From IMG/VR virus record IMGVR_UViG_3300048672_000512, positions 64,001-128,000 of that record: a stretch of 64,000 nt of DNA; one strand, written 5' to 3'. This stretch comes from a virus. Below the pieces are notes generated by a model. That model was not told where the DNA came from. It did not search any database and saw only the letters and a list, made by a program, of their open reading frames with translations. The position numbers and the translations under genes were made by a program. Below, piece by piece: positions 9,112 through 17,701 of the stretch; position 1 is the stretch's first letter; every line of letters starts with the position of its first letter.

Positions 9112-9417
9112 ATGAAATGCCCACAAGACGTAAGCAACGAAGAGAATGAATGGCTCAGTGACAACACCTGCAGCTACTGTGGAAGTCTGAACCCAGAAAC
9201 TTTCCTTCGTGAGATAGAAGCGGGTTCTACTATCACACCAACAGACAAGAACTACAAAGCATACTTGAACACGAGTAGTGGCCGGCGCAAGTTCTATTTT
9301 GAACATCTTTCTGACGAGCAAAAAGCTAAGTTTGTGCAGCTTTGCAATGACAAGAAGTTGAAGTTTGAGTACCCAGGATACTTCTACATCCTGCCATACT
9401 TCTGCAAAGCTGCGTAG
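9112..9417 (+). CDS. Hypothetical protein with CxxC
   Basis: SD GAGG; TCSYCGS motif. Confidence 0.75.
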   Translation: MKCPQDVSNEENEWLSDNTCSYCGSLNPETFLREIEAGSTITPTDKNYKAYLNTSSGRRKFYFEHLSDEQKAKFVQLCNDKKLKFEYPGYFYILPYFCKAA

Positions 9418-9519
9418 TTGTGTTTTCATACCGGACGCTTTCTGTTTGCTGCGCGTTTGTTGGTCCTTTCCGCGCAAGTAGTTCTTGTCTCCAAGCTACT
9501 GCAGACAGTGTAGTGTTTT

Positions 9520-9597
9520 GCACCGGCGAGAGCTTTCCGGTTCAATACTGTGAAAGTGTTGAGGTAGCGAAAGCTGCCAGGCTCGAAGACCCGGTGT
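9520..9597 (+). ncRNA. Candidate structured RNA (multi-branch fold)
   Basis: Adjacent hairpins tcaatact-GTGAA-agtgttga (9542-9562) and ggtagc-GAAA-gctgcc (9563-9578), closed by gagctt/aggctc and gcaccgg/ccggtgt stems. Confidence 0.4.
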
Positions 9598-9612
9598 TTA
9601 TTGGAGAAAAGG

Positions 9613-9810
9613 GTGCTGCGATTCACAAACTATGACGCGCCGTCTATTGAAGAGGCTACGAAGATAGATGAGACAAGACTACCGGAGAAAGTAGAATCAA
9701 TTGAGGTTTATCACGATGGTGGTAGGCTTGCCATAGTGGTGAACGGTCAAGAGTTCTTTTATGTAGACGAAGGTACTCGTGACTGCCATGTCTGTTTAGA
9801 CAATACGTAA
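9613..9810 (+). CDS. Hypothetical protein
   Basis: GGAG SD followed by GTG at 9613 (ORF track starts at TTG 9601, same frame). Confidence 0.65.
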   Translation: MLRFTNYDAPSIEEATKIDETRLPEKVESIEVYHDGGRLAIVVNGQEFFYVDEGTRDCHVCLDNT

Positions 9811-9818
9811 CAAACAAA

Positions 9819-9895
9819 GGGCCGATAGCTTAGCGTTCCAAAGCAGCGGACTCATAATCCGTTGATCGTCGGTTAGAATCCGACTCGGCCTACCA
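9819..9895 (+). tRNA. tRNA with CAU anticodon, probably tRNA-Ile2 (lysidine type), encoded CCA end
   Basis: Full cloverleaf: acceptor GGGCCGA/TCGGCCT-A-CCA, D stem GCTT/AAGC, anticodon arm GCGGA-CTCATAA-TCCGT, T arm GTCGG-TTAGAAT-CCGAC. C4-G69 and C5-G68 pairs as in TilS substrates. Confidence 0.9.
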
Positions 9896-9898
9896 AAA

Positions 9899-9937
9899 AA
9901 ACCCCACTATCTACTTGCTAGGTACGTGGGGTTTGTT
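9899..9937 (+). terminator. Intrinsic terminator-like hairpin after the tRNA
   Basis: aaaccccac-tatcta-cttgc-taggta-c-gtggggttt followed by a T-rich tract. Confidence 0.65.
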
Positions 9938-9953
9938 GCTTCTGCATTACAAA

Positions 9954-10000
9954 CTGTTACACTTTAGTTCTTGACAACCGGTGTGTAACAGAGGTAAACT
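9954..10000 (+). promoter_or_regulatory. Sigma70-like promoter with overlapping 9-bp inverted repeat (operator candidate)
   Basis: TTGACA 9971-9976, 18-nt spacer, TAAACT 9995-10000; ctgttacac 9954-9962 and gtgtaacag 9983-9991 are exact reverse complements. Confidence 0.65.
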
Positions 10001-10055
10001 GAAGGTGCAGGTAGCAAGCTACCTATCACCAGAAACAACCCTGAAGGAAGAAACC

Positions 10056-10397
10056 ATGTTCAAGACCACCAACGAATTCCAAGCTGCTGCTACCGCTCTG
10101 CGCCCTGGCGCATGGGTTGCCGTGCTACCTCCTGACGTTGATACAACAAACCCGCACCTGCGCGGTCTTGCAGTGTTCTGCGAGGAAATCCTGCTTGCAC
10201 AAGTGACGTCCAACGATAGCGAAGGCATCATGGCCGACGTGCACGTGATTGACGTTGCAGACGTTCCCGACTGCACAATGGAAATGAAGTTGACGCATGG
10301 GTCGATAGCGGCAATCTGGACCGGGATCGAGTTCCCCGAATGGAAACCGGACCTAGCTAACAACGGCTGGAGCGTGGATCCGTTCACTGCAGTTTGA
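10056..10397 (+). CDS. Hypothetical early protein (113 aa)
   Basis: SD GAAGGA before ATG 10056; lies between a promoter and a terminator. Confidence 0.75.
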   Translation: MFKTTNEFQAAATALRPGAWVAVLPPDVDTTNPHLRGLAVFCEEILLAQVTSNDSEGIMADVHVIDVADVPDCTMEMKLTHGSIAAIWTGIEFPEWKPDLANNGWSVDPFTAV

Positions 10398-10406
10398 TTC
10401 TGACAC

Positions 10407-10434
10407 ACGGGAACTTCGGTTCCCGTTTTCATTT
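10407..10434 (+). terminator. Intrinsic terminator
   Basis: acgggaac-TTCG-gttcccgt perfect stem with UUCG loop, then tttcattt. Confidence 0.8.
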
Positions 10435-10445
10435 GGAGTTCTGAA

Positions 10446-10958
10446 ATGAACAATCGCATGTTTCTTGCAGCCGACCTACACATCGAGCATGCAAGCATTG
10501 TAAAGTTTCGTACCCGCCATGATGGTTCCCCTTTCAATAACACTCAGGAGCACACTGCGTACCTGAAAGAAAGGTGGAATGAAACTGTCAAGCCGAAGGA
10601 CACGGTTCTGATACTTGGTGACGCTGTATTTGGCGCAAGCAACATTCAGATTCTGAAGGAGTTCAACGGCGTCAAGAAACTGATCATGGGGAACCATGAT
10701 AGCTATCCGGCAGCAAAATACCTTGAGGTATTCAATTCTGTGCATTCATCAATGCAGATTGCAAGCACAATCCTGACGCACATTCCTGTACATCCATGCC
10801 AGTTTCCGCGCTACCAAGCTAATGTGCATGGGCATCTGCATGACATGAGAATTGATGATCCCCGGTACTTCTGCGTATCGATGGATCAAATTGAATGCAA
10901 GCCGATACTTCTTGCAGACGTGTTTGCGCGCCTTGGTGCGCATGGAGTTCTGAAATGA
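10446..10958 (+). CDS. Calcineurin-like metallophosphoesterase
   Basis: ADLH..H, LGD, MGNHD, THIP, HGHLH motifs. Confidence 0.85.
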   Translation: MNNRMFLAADLHIEHASIVKFRTRHDGSPFNNTQEHTAYLKERWNETVKPKDTVLILGDAVFGASNIQILKEFNGVKKLIMGNHDSYPAAKYLEVFNSVHSSMQIASTILTHIPVHPCQFPRYQANVHGHLHDMRIDDPRYFCVSMDQIECKPILLADVFARLGAHGVLK

Positions 10959-11272
10959 CCAAACCTACACTGAACGGAAACTACGTGTCTGCGGTTCCTG
11001 GCGGCACACTCATTCGCAATTTCAAACCCGCAGACCGAGAGTGGTTACTCAAGTGGACAACTTGGTTCTTTTTTAGTGTTCCGGAAGCACGCAAGCATTT
11101 CTTCATTGAAGAGTGCAACTACTTTTACGATCCAGCAACAGAGACAACGCGACGCTTCTACACTGAGGGTTTTTCTCTGCACTACGTTCCTGCCAAGAGT
11201 GACCCTTTGCTTCATGCATTTATAGAAGAACTGGACCAGCAGACATGGTTGCGAATAGCTAACCGGCGTTGA
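10955..11272 (+). CDS. Hypothetical protein
   Basis: ATGA coupling at 10955 preferred over the ORF-track start at 10895. Confidence 0.65.
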   Translation: MTKPTLNGNYVSAVPGGTLIRNFKPADREWLLKWTTWFFFSVPEARKHFFIEECNYFYDPATETTRRFYTEGFSLHYVPAKSDPLLHAFIEELDQQTWLRIANRR

Positions 11273-11317
11273 CTGTGAAGGTAGTCGTGTAGTCCTGCAA
11301 ATTTTCTGGAGAAAGTC

Positions 11318-11986
11318 ATGAGCAAGAAGAGCATTGGTCTAGCCCGTTGCGTGCAATCGCGTGACGTGCGCAACGGTGTTGTCACCAGCTACGCGAGCAT
11401 GTCACTATGCGCTAAGAAGTTTGGCATGACGCAGGTTCAGCTTACCGAACACCTCAGGTCGGTGAATGCTTCCAAGCGCACATGGAAATGGCATGTCTTT
11501 CGCTATGAAAGCGACTCACATTTGCCTTGGCCGGACTTGGATCCGGTTCTTGCTATCGAGTACTCCATGAGTCTGAAAGAAGTCAGGCTGTACGTAGTCG
11601 AACACAAAGACGGCAACGGCGTCCAGTGCAAGAAGGTTTTGCCGTGGTTGGAAGACGTCAAGACCTACATTGGAAACAAAACGCTGAAACTTGACAAGCT
11701 TTCAAAAGCACGCACGATCAATGTGAATGGCGTTGACTTCCGATGCCGTGTAGCAACGCGTGAAGAGCTTCTTGAGAACTCAGAAATTCTTTCTGAGACA
11801 AGCCGCGTGCGCTCCAACCGTTTGTGTGCTTCCTACATACGAGACAATCACCCGGCTTCGGTGGCTGCCGCCGTAGAACCTGCATACGCTAGCGAGGGTT
11901 CTTCAGACCAAAGCTCTTCAGCCAACAGTCTGCAAGATGCTTTTTCCATACTGACTCAGCTCGGACGGCAACATGATACTGCCTAA
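11318..11986 (+). CDS. NUMOD1-like DNA-binding protein, no nuclease motif seen
   Basis: VQSRDVRNGVVTSYASMSLCAKKFGM...WKWHVFRY fits the NUMOD1/IENR pattern. Confidence 0.45.
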   Translation: MSKKSIGLARCVQSRDVRNGVVTSYASMSLCAKKFGMTQVQLTEHLRSVNASKRTWKWHVFRYESDSHLPWPDLDPVLAIEYSMSLKEVRLYVVEHKDGNGVQCKKVLPWLEDVKTYIGNKTLKLDKLSKARTINVNGVDFRCRVATREELLENSEILSETSRVRSNRLCASYIRDNHPASVAAAVEPAYASEGSSDQSSSANSLQDAFSILTQLGRQHDTA

Positions 11987-13940
11987 ACCTCTCAGCGCAA
12001 AGAAAAAGCTGTTTCTCCAAGCAAGAAACGAATACTACAATTCAGCTACTGGAGCTACCACGCTTACCGACGCCGAGTTTGACATTCTGGAAGATCAGAT
12101 TCGCAAGCTTGACCCAGAGTGGAAGGAGCTTCAACGTACAGGTATCTCGGCCGGCAAGAAGAAAGAAATTCCTCTTGTGTGCCAGATGCCTTCGCTTGAC
12201 AAGATACAAGCGGAAAACCCGGAAGCAGTCAACAAGTTTCTTTCTCGAATATCCAAGCTAAGCAGCAATGTTGAGCTTAGCGAAAAGCTTGATGGTTGCG
12301 CGTTGCAGGCTGTGTACGTTCTTGACAAGAAGCACTCCGTGTACGTGATGCAGCAGCTTATAACGCGAGGCGACGGTGTACTTGGCAAGGATGTTTCCTA
12401 CTTCATACCTCACTTGAAAAACGTTCCGGTAGCTATGGATCTGCGGCCGGCGCTGCGCAGCACACTACCGGAAAAAATAGTTGTGCGTATGGAAGCTGTG
12501 ATCCGTCGCAAAGACTTTAATGAAAAGTGGGCTACGGTGTTCGACTCTGCGAGGGCCGCTGCATCCGCTATATTCAATCGTCACGACGTGCATGCCGCTC
12601 TTGCAGACGTGCGCCTTGTCGCTATTCGAGTTCAGTACCCGTACTGGTCTATCAAAGCTGGCCGTGAGTTTCTGAAGTGTCATGAGTTTGAGGTTGTGCG
12701 TAGCAAGACGGTGCGAGTGGAAGAATGCACGGTTGAAAGCTTGACCGCGTCAGTTGAACGTATTCGAGAGTCTTCAAAGTACGACACCGATGGCTTAGTG
12801 CTTTGGACGTCTTGCATGCTTCAAGATTACCTTGAAGACACGGAAAAGCGCCCGCAGCATGCGCGAGCTTTCAAGTTGAATGACATTCAAGACGCAAAGC
12901 TCACAACAATAACACGTGTTGACTGGCAACCGTCGCCTCACGGCTACCTGATACCGAAGGCTCAGATTGAACCTCTAAAGTTCGGTGCGGTCACTGTCAA
13001 GCAGGTTACTCTGAATAACGCAAACTGGGCACATGAGCGTGGCCTGGGTGTCGGAGCCCAAGTCAAAGTGCTGCGTTCTGGTGAAATCATTCCAAAAATT
13101 GTTGCAGTGGTGAAGAGTGCTAAGTTCCAATTACCGTCCAGCAAGGAGGTAACTGGCTCGTATGAATGGGACAAGACGCATACGCACCTTGTTCTTGCAT
13201 CGAGCGTTGACAACAAGGAAGTGGTCGCTAAGAAGTTCAACCGCTTCTTCACGTCTTTGGGTATGGAAGACATTGCAATCGGAGTAGCTACCAAGCTTGC
13301 CGATGCTGGATTCACTTCTACTGCGCAGCTTGCTAATCTGCAATTGGCAGACTTTGCAAGCCTGCCTGGAGTGAAGTCTTCTGCAGCAAAGTATGCAGAG
13401 CAGGTGCAGCGAATTCGTGACTGTGAGTTTGACATGATCAGTCTCATGGTAGCTAGTGGCGTGTTTCCTAGAGGCGTCGGTGAAACTCGTTTGCGTTCTC
13501 TAGCTGCAGCAGTACCTACGCTTTTCAACATCAAAACATTAGATGAATCGGAAAAACTACGGTACTCTAACTATGTTGAGGCTGCAGCTGAAACAAAGGG
13601 TTGTGGACCCGCCTTCGCGGAAGCGTTGAAAGTAGGGCTTCCTGCATTCGCTAGATGGCTAGCCGAAGCAGACATTGAAGTTAGGGCTGTCAAGAAAGAA
13701 TCAAAGGTCATTGGTCCGCTGACAGGAAAGTCTTTCTCTTGGACTGGATATCGAGACAAGCAGCAAGAGCGCATCGTTGAAGATCTTGGTGGTCGCGTAG
13801 TTGCCTTCAGCGTCAAGAAGACTTCGGTTTTGTTCTACCAGCAAGGCTCCAGAGAAACAGCCAAGCCGGACAAAGCACGAGAGTCTGGAATTCCAGTCAT
13901 ATCCAATTTTGCAAAGTGGTTGGATACTGTGAAAGATTAG
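11973..13940 (+). CDS. ligA: NAD+-dependent DNA ligase
   Basis: N-terminal Ia domain (YYN...TDAEFD), MPSLDK, EKLDG adenylation lysine, TRGDG, DTDGLV, OB fold, HhH, C-terminal BRCT-like domain. Confidence 0.92.
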   Translation: MILPKPLSAKKKLFLQARNEYYNSATGATTLTDAEFDILEDQIRKLDPEWKELQRTGISAGKKKEIPLVCQMPSLDKIQAENPEAVNKFLSRISKLSSNVELSEKLDGCALQAVYVLDKKHSVYVMQQLITRGDGVLGKDVSYFIPHLKNVPVAMDLRPALRSTLPEKIVVRMEAVIRRKDFNEKWATVFDSARAAASAIFNRHDVHAALADVRLVAIRVQYPYWSIKAGREFLKCHEFEVVRSKTVRVEECTVESLTASVERIRESSKYDTDGLVLWTSCMLQDYLEDTEKRPQHARAFKLNDIQDAKLTTITRVDWQPSPHGYLIPKAQIEPLKFGAVTVKQVTLNNANWAHERGLGVGAQVKVLRSGEIIPKIVAVVKSAKFQLPSSKEVTGSYEWDKTHTHLVLASSVDNKEVVAKKFNRFFTSLGMEDIAIGVATKLADAGFTSTAQLANLQLADFASLPGVKSSAAKYAEQVQRIRDCEFDMISLMVASGVFPRGVGETRLRSLAAAVPTLFNIKTLDESEKLRYSNYVEAAAETKGCGPAFAEALKVGLPAFARWLAEADIEVRAVKKESKVIGPLTGKSFSWTGYRDKQQERIVEDLGGRVVAFSVKKTSVLFYQQGSRETAKPDKARESGIPVISNFAKWLDTVKD

Positions 13941-13959
13941 TAGTACACAAGGGGTTGTC

Positions 13960-14550
13960 GTGAACATATTTGCAGTAAACCGCGATCCGGTGCTAGCAGC
14001 AAAAGATCTGATAGATGGCCATGTAGGCAAGATGTGCTTGGAATCGGCGCAAATTTTGTGCACTGCGCATCGCACTTGTAAGTCACCTCTGTCCAGTAGC
14101 AAGCTAAGTAGGCTATACAAGGCAACGCACGTAAGTCATCCGTCATCAAAGTGGGTTTGCTACAGCAGAGATAACTATAGTTGGCTGTATGAGCACTTTG
14201 AAGCGCTCAGCGCTGAATACCAGCGCCGGTCTGCACACAAGAACCCTCATGCTTCTTTTGCTAAGCTTGGTGCTCTCTTGCGACCGTGCCAACTGGATTT
14301 CTACGATGACGGTTTTGTTCCGTGGTTTCCTGCAATGCCAGAAGAGATGAAACCAGCGTCAGGCTGTAGCGTAGACGAAATGGTGACTGCATACAAACAT
14401 TTTTATGTAGAAACCAAGCAGCCTTTTGCATACTGGACAGAACGTGCTGTTCCAACATGGTACAGAGAAGCCTGCGAGGCAAAAGGCCTTTGTGAGTACG
14501 AAGGCAAGCACAAAGATGGCCGGCGTTATAGGTTCATGCACACTGAGTGA
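13960..14550 (+). CDS. Pyrimidine-dimer DNA glycosylase/endonuclease V-like protein
   Basis: MNIFAV...DGHVGKMCLESAQILCTAH...YKATHVSHP family signature. Confidence 0.8.
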   Translation: MNIFAVNRDPVLAAKDLIDGHVGKMCLESAQILCTAHRTCKSPLSSSKLSRLYKATHVSHPSSKWVCYSRDNYSWLYEHFEALSAEYQRRSAHKNPHASFAKLGALLRPCQLDFYDDGFVPWFPAMPEEMKPASGCSVDEMVTAYKHFYVETKQPFAYWTERAVPTWYREACEAKGLCEYEGKHKDGRRYRFMHTE

Positions 14551-14558
14551 GAAACCAA

Positions 14559-14930
14559 ATGATCTTTCGTATTGCAACAACAATGTCCACAGAATTGACG
14601 CCTAGCGTAGTCGATCACGACAAGCTTGCGCAGGTGATTAATCAACGTGCATCCGAGCATCTTGGCAACGTTCTAAGTGTAGCTTTCTCAGAAGGCATCA
14701 GAGCAGGTAGCAAACCTGTTGACTTCCTAGAGAAAAGCACGCGCCCTGAGAAGATTGCCGAACAGGTTGCGTTTCTGGTGAACAACGATCTTAGCATCAT
14801 GCTTGACGGCCTGTCTCAGGAGTGGGGTGCTATCGACATGTATGCAACTGTAGAGTTTGAGGATAGCTACACGCTGATTGTTACCTTGAAGCCACGTTGG
14901 TATCATGCGGCTTCAAACGAGGTACATTAA
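14559..14930 (+). CDS. Hypothetical protein
   Basis: ORF filling the gap between neighbours; ATG 14559. Confidence 0.7.
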   Translation: MIFRIATTMSTELTPSVVDHDKLAQVINQRASEHLGNVLSVAFSEGIRAGSKPVDFLEKSTRPEKIAEQVAFLVNNDLSIMLDGLSQEWGAIDMYATVEFEDSYTLIVTLKPRWYHAASNEVH

Positions 14931-15893
14931 GTGCATAACAAAGACCAAGTTGTAAAAACCATTAGCGCGCTGCTTACTCAAATTACGCGACAAGGTACAG
15001 TAGGCCACAAAACGGATTACAAGCGAATCACGCAACTGCGATTCAGTAGTTTTCCGTTTTGTGGCCTATACTGGTTTCTGAAGCTGCCGGAAAGCATTCA
15101 ACCACATACGCGTAAAGACTTTGGTTTTGCTTACTTCACGTCTGTTGGAACAACGGTGCACAACGTGTTTCAGGAAGCAATTCAGTCTATAGTACCTGCA
15201 AACACAAAGCTACTGCATGACTATGTGTGCCGTCGATACGATTGTGGGCACCGACATCGCCTGCGATTCAAAGCACCAAAGGCTTGCACCAAGTGCAAAG
15301 GTAGCATCTTTGAAGCGTCTGAAGTGGAGGTTTCGCTTCAGGGCGCAAAAGGCCATATCGACCAGATTCTTGTGTGGGTTGACAGCGACGGTGAAATGCA
15401 CTTGATCGTGATTGACTACAAGACCACTACGTCTCAGAAAGTCAATTCCAAGAAGGGAATTCCATACAAAGAAAACATATCACAGATCCGAGCATATTGC
15501 GCTGCACTGACAGACGAAGGCTACAGCGTGTCGGCGTTTGTTCTTGTGTACATACCTAGAGACAACCCGTTTGCTCCGTGGCCCTATGTCGAAATGTACA
15601 CCGATGCAATGTACAAGAAAGACATGACGCGCATTAAAGGGTACAGCAAGCAGCATGCTGCTTGGACTTCAGTTGCTTCTGCAAAAGACGCAGTCGCTCT
15701 GCTTTCAACGCGACCCTGCCAAGATCCACTAGATGTCCCGGAAGACTATGCAGACTGCGAGTACTGCAAGCTGTGCACGCTAAGAAACACAGCTAAGATC
15801 AAAGAGAAAATCGCAGATGCAGAGTTGAAACTAAAGGGTTGGTTGCCAATCAATCAGCTCAACGTAAAACTCAAGGAAGGTAAGTTACCATGA
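14931..15893 (+). CDS. Cas4/RecB-like PD-(D/E)xK exonuclease with Zn-ribbon insertion
   Basis: GTTVH, GHIDQ, VIDYKT, QIRAY motifs; one N-terminal Cys plus C-terminal CEYCKLC. Confidence 0.8.
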   Translation: MHNKDQVVKTISALLTQITRQGTVGHKTDYKRITQLRFSSFPFCGLYWFLKLPESIQPHTRKDFGFAYFTSVGTTVHNVFQEAIQSIVPANTKLLHDYVCRRYDCGHRHRLRFKAPKACTKCKGSIFEASEVEVSLQGAKGHIDQILVWVDSDGEMHLIVIDYKTTTSQKVNSKKGIPYKENISQIRAYCAALTDEGYSVSAFVLVYIPRDNPFAPWPYVEMYTDAMYKKDMTRIKGYSKQHAAWTSVASAKDAVALLSTRPCQDPLDVPEDYADCEYCKLCTLRNTAKIKEKIADAELKLKGWLPINQLNVKLKEGKLP

Positions 15894-15990
15894 CGTCCAC
15901 GCATGTGTTAGCTGTAATGCTGCTAGCCACTGCCTGTTGTTTGATTCTGGTTTTGTGAATGTTATCTGCAAACTTCATTAGGAGAATTTC

Positions 15991-16269
15991 ATGTATGACT
16001 TTCGTACTGGAGATCCTGTTCTTTTGGTAGGTGGTGACGATCACCCGCCGCTTGCCGCAGAAGGTGAAATCGTCAGACCTACGGATACGTTTGGCTACTG
16101 CGAGGTTTTCTTTCCACGTCATTACCCACCGCCTGAAAACGGTGATGAATCCTGCTTCTGCACTTGGTGCATACCTGTTGAGCACTTGCTGCCACTTCAG
16201 GACATATCAGAACTCGATATGCTTGAAGAACAGAACGCTATAAACCTTATGCTGAAATCCGGACTATGA
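15991..16269 (+). CDS. Hypothetical protein (SH3/KOW-like barrel pattern)
   Basis: SD AGGAG; FRTGDPV...GEIV...VFF...IPVEHLLPL. Confidence 0.65.
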   Translation: MYDFRTGDPVLLVGGDDHPPLAAEGEIVRPTDTFGYCEVFFPRHYPPPENGDESCFCTWCIPVEHLLPLQDISELDMLEEQNAINLMLKSGL

Positions 16270-16568
16270 ATGAACTTACTGTATCAATTGTTGACGTGTT
16301 GTTTCTTATCTGCCTAGGTGTTCTTGCAGGATACACCCTTCGCCATCTGGTTGCTCTGAGCGACAAGAAGTGGGAACGCGAGCAACGCGCAATGAAGAAA
16401 AAACTAGATAGCGCTATCGATGCAGCCTTGGAGTTATCTGTGCTTCCAACAATACGTATGGAAGTGCAAGAGAAAGCCAAGCTTGTAGCGCGCTGTGAGG
16501 CTGTACAAACACCGGTTCAAGCTTACGTTAGAGAATTGATTCTGAAAGACCTGGAGAACAAGCAATGA
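16266..16568 (+). CDS. Membrane-anchored protein with possible C-terminal ribbon-helix-helix
   Basis: N-terminal TM helix; PTIRMEVQEKAKLVARCEAVQTPVQAYVRELILKDLE. Confidence 0.5.
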   Translation: MNELTVSIVDVLFLICLGVLAGYTLRHLVALSDKKWEREQRAMKKKLDSAIDAALELSVLPTIRMEVQEKAKLVARCEAVQTPVQAYVRELILKDLENKQ

Positions 16569-16792
16569 GCAACAAAGTCGTACACGTTGATTTCAAACAC
16601 AGGCTGTTGCTAAAGGCAGCCACTGAGCTAGCTAGGCAGATAGACCCAAAGAAGGTAGCGTCACGGTTTGACCTGTTCACCTTTGATTCAATTGTTGAAG
16701 ACGTAGCGAAGGATGCTGCAGTAGCCGCCCAACGCAGCGAGCAAGAAGCCTTGCGCAGTATTCTGGATCGAGCAGATAAACTGGACTGGTAA
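16565..16792 (+). CDS. Hypothetical protein
   Basis: ATGA-coupled 75-aa ORF. Confidence 0.65.
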   Translation: MSNKVVHVDFKHRLLLKAATELARQIDPKKVASRFDLFTFDSIVEDVAKDAAVAAQRSEQEALRSILDRADKLDW

Positions 16793-16798
16793 CTGCAG

Positions 16799-17701
16799 AT
16801 GGAAATCGGAGTATTCTGCGATGGCAACTGGTTACTGTATCGAGCGTACTCCGTTGTAAAAGACAGTCCGCAATATAAGACCAAGACAGCGCTACAGGTT
16901 CTGTCTTGGTTTGTCGAGTACAGCATACGGTTGCGAGCTACCCACGGGGCTTTGTGTTTTGACGGTGCTAAGAACTTTCGAGTTCAGATATATCCGGAAT
17001 ACAAAGCCAATCGTTCCGACAAGGAAAAACATTCGCGCACGTCAGACGCAAGCCTCAACAAGGATGCAGTGTACGAGTGTCTACCTGTTACGCAAAAGCT
17101 ATTTCAAGAAGTAGGTCTGCCTTGTTTTCAGGTTGATGATCTGGAAGCAGATGACCTTCTAGCAGCTGGTGCGTTTCGGTTCACACGCACAAACGAAAAG
17201 CAGTATCGAAAAGATCGCAAGGCTTTCATAGGCACGCTTGATAAAGACTTGCTGCAGTGCGTAGACAAGCAGGTTTGCGTATGGAATCCAGAAACCTTTA
17301 ACCGACCTGAAACCACCTACGATATTGCACGCGTTTGCCTGGAAAGGGGGCTGACACCAAAGCAGTTTCGAGACTTTCAGATTCTCATAGGTGACAAGCA
17401 AGACAACGTGCCAGCGTTAATGAGCGATGGAAAAGCAAAGAAGCTTGTGAAGGCACACGGTAGCTTGAAAGGTTACCTTGCTACAGAGGAAGGGGCTGCA
17501 TTCTTTGAAGAGCGAAAGCACGACCTCTTGCGAAACAAGCAACTCATAACAATGAGAAGGCTAGCTTGGCATCCTGACACCGATTCGCTGAAGCTACAGA
17601 TCAACCCATCATACAAGAAGGTTTGCGCAGACTATGGACAGACTCCAAGCGTATTACAAGCAGCAAGAATGCAGTGGTCAACCACAAAGCGTCTCTTCTG
17701 A
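16799..17701 (+). CDS. 5'-3' exonuclease / flap endonuclease (Pol I N-terminal / T4 RNase H family)
   Basis: DGNWLLYRAY, CFDG, YPEYKANR, EADDLLA, DKDLLQ, LIGDKQDNVP. Confidence 0.9.
   Translation: MEIGVFCDGNWLLYRAYSVVKDSPQYKTKTALQVLSWFVEYSIRLRATHGALCFDGAKNFRVQIYPEYKANRSDKEKHSRTSDASLNKDAVYECLPVTQKLFQEVGLPCFQVDDLEADDLLAAGAFRFTRTNEKQYRKDRKAFIGTLDKDLLQCVDKQVCVWNPETFNRPETTYDIARVCLERGLTPKQFRDFQILIGDKQDNVPALMSDGKAKKLVKAHGSLKGYLATEEGAAFFEERKHDLLRNKQLITMRRLAWHPDTDSLKLQINPSYKKVCADYGQTPSVLQAARMQWSTTKRLF

Noticed and set aside
9819-9895. Initiator or elongator tRNA-Met call
   Set aside because: It lacks the C1:A72 mismatch and the three G-C anticodon-stem pairs of initiators; the acceptor pairs favour Ile2. 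Elongator Met is not fully excluded.
14931-16000. CRISPR array or mini-array associated with the Cas4-like gene
   Set aside because: No repeat-spacer pattern was seen in the flanking gaps or elsewhere in the window, and there are no other cas genes.
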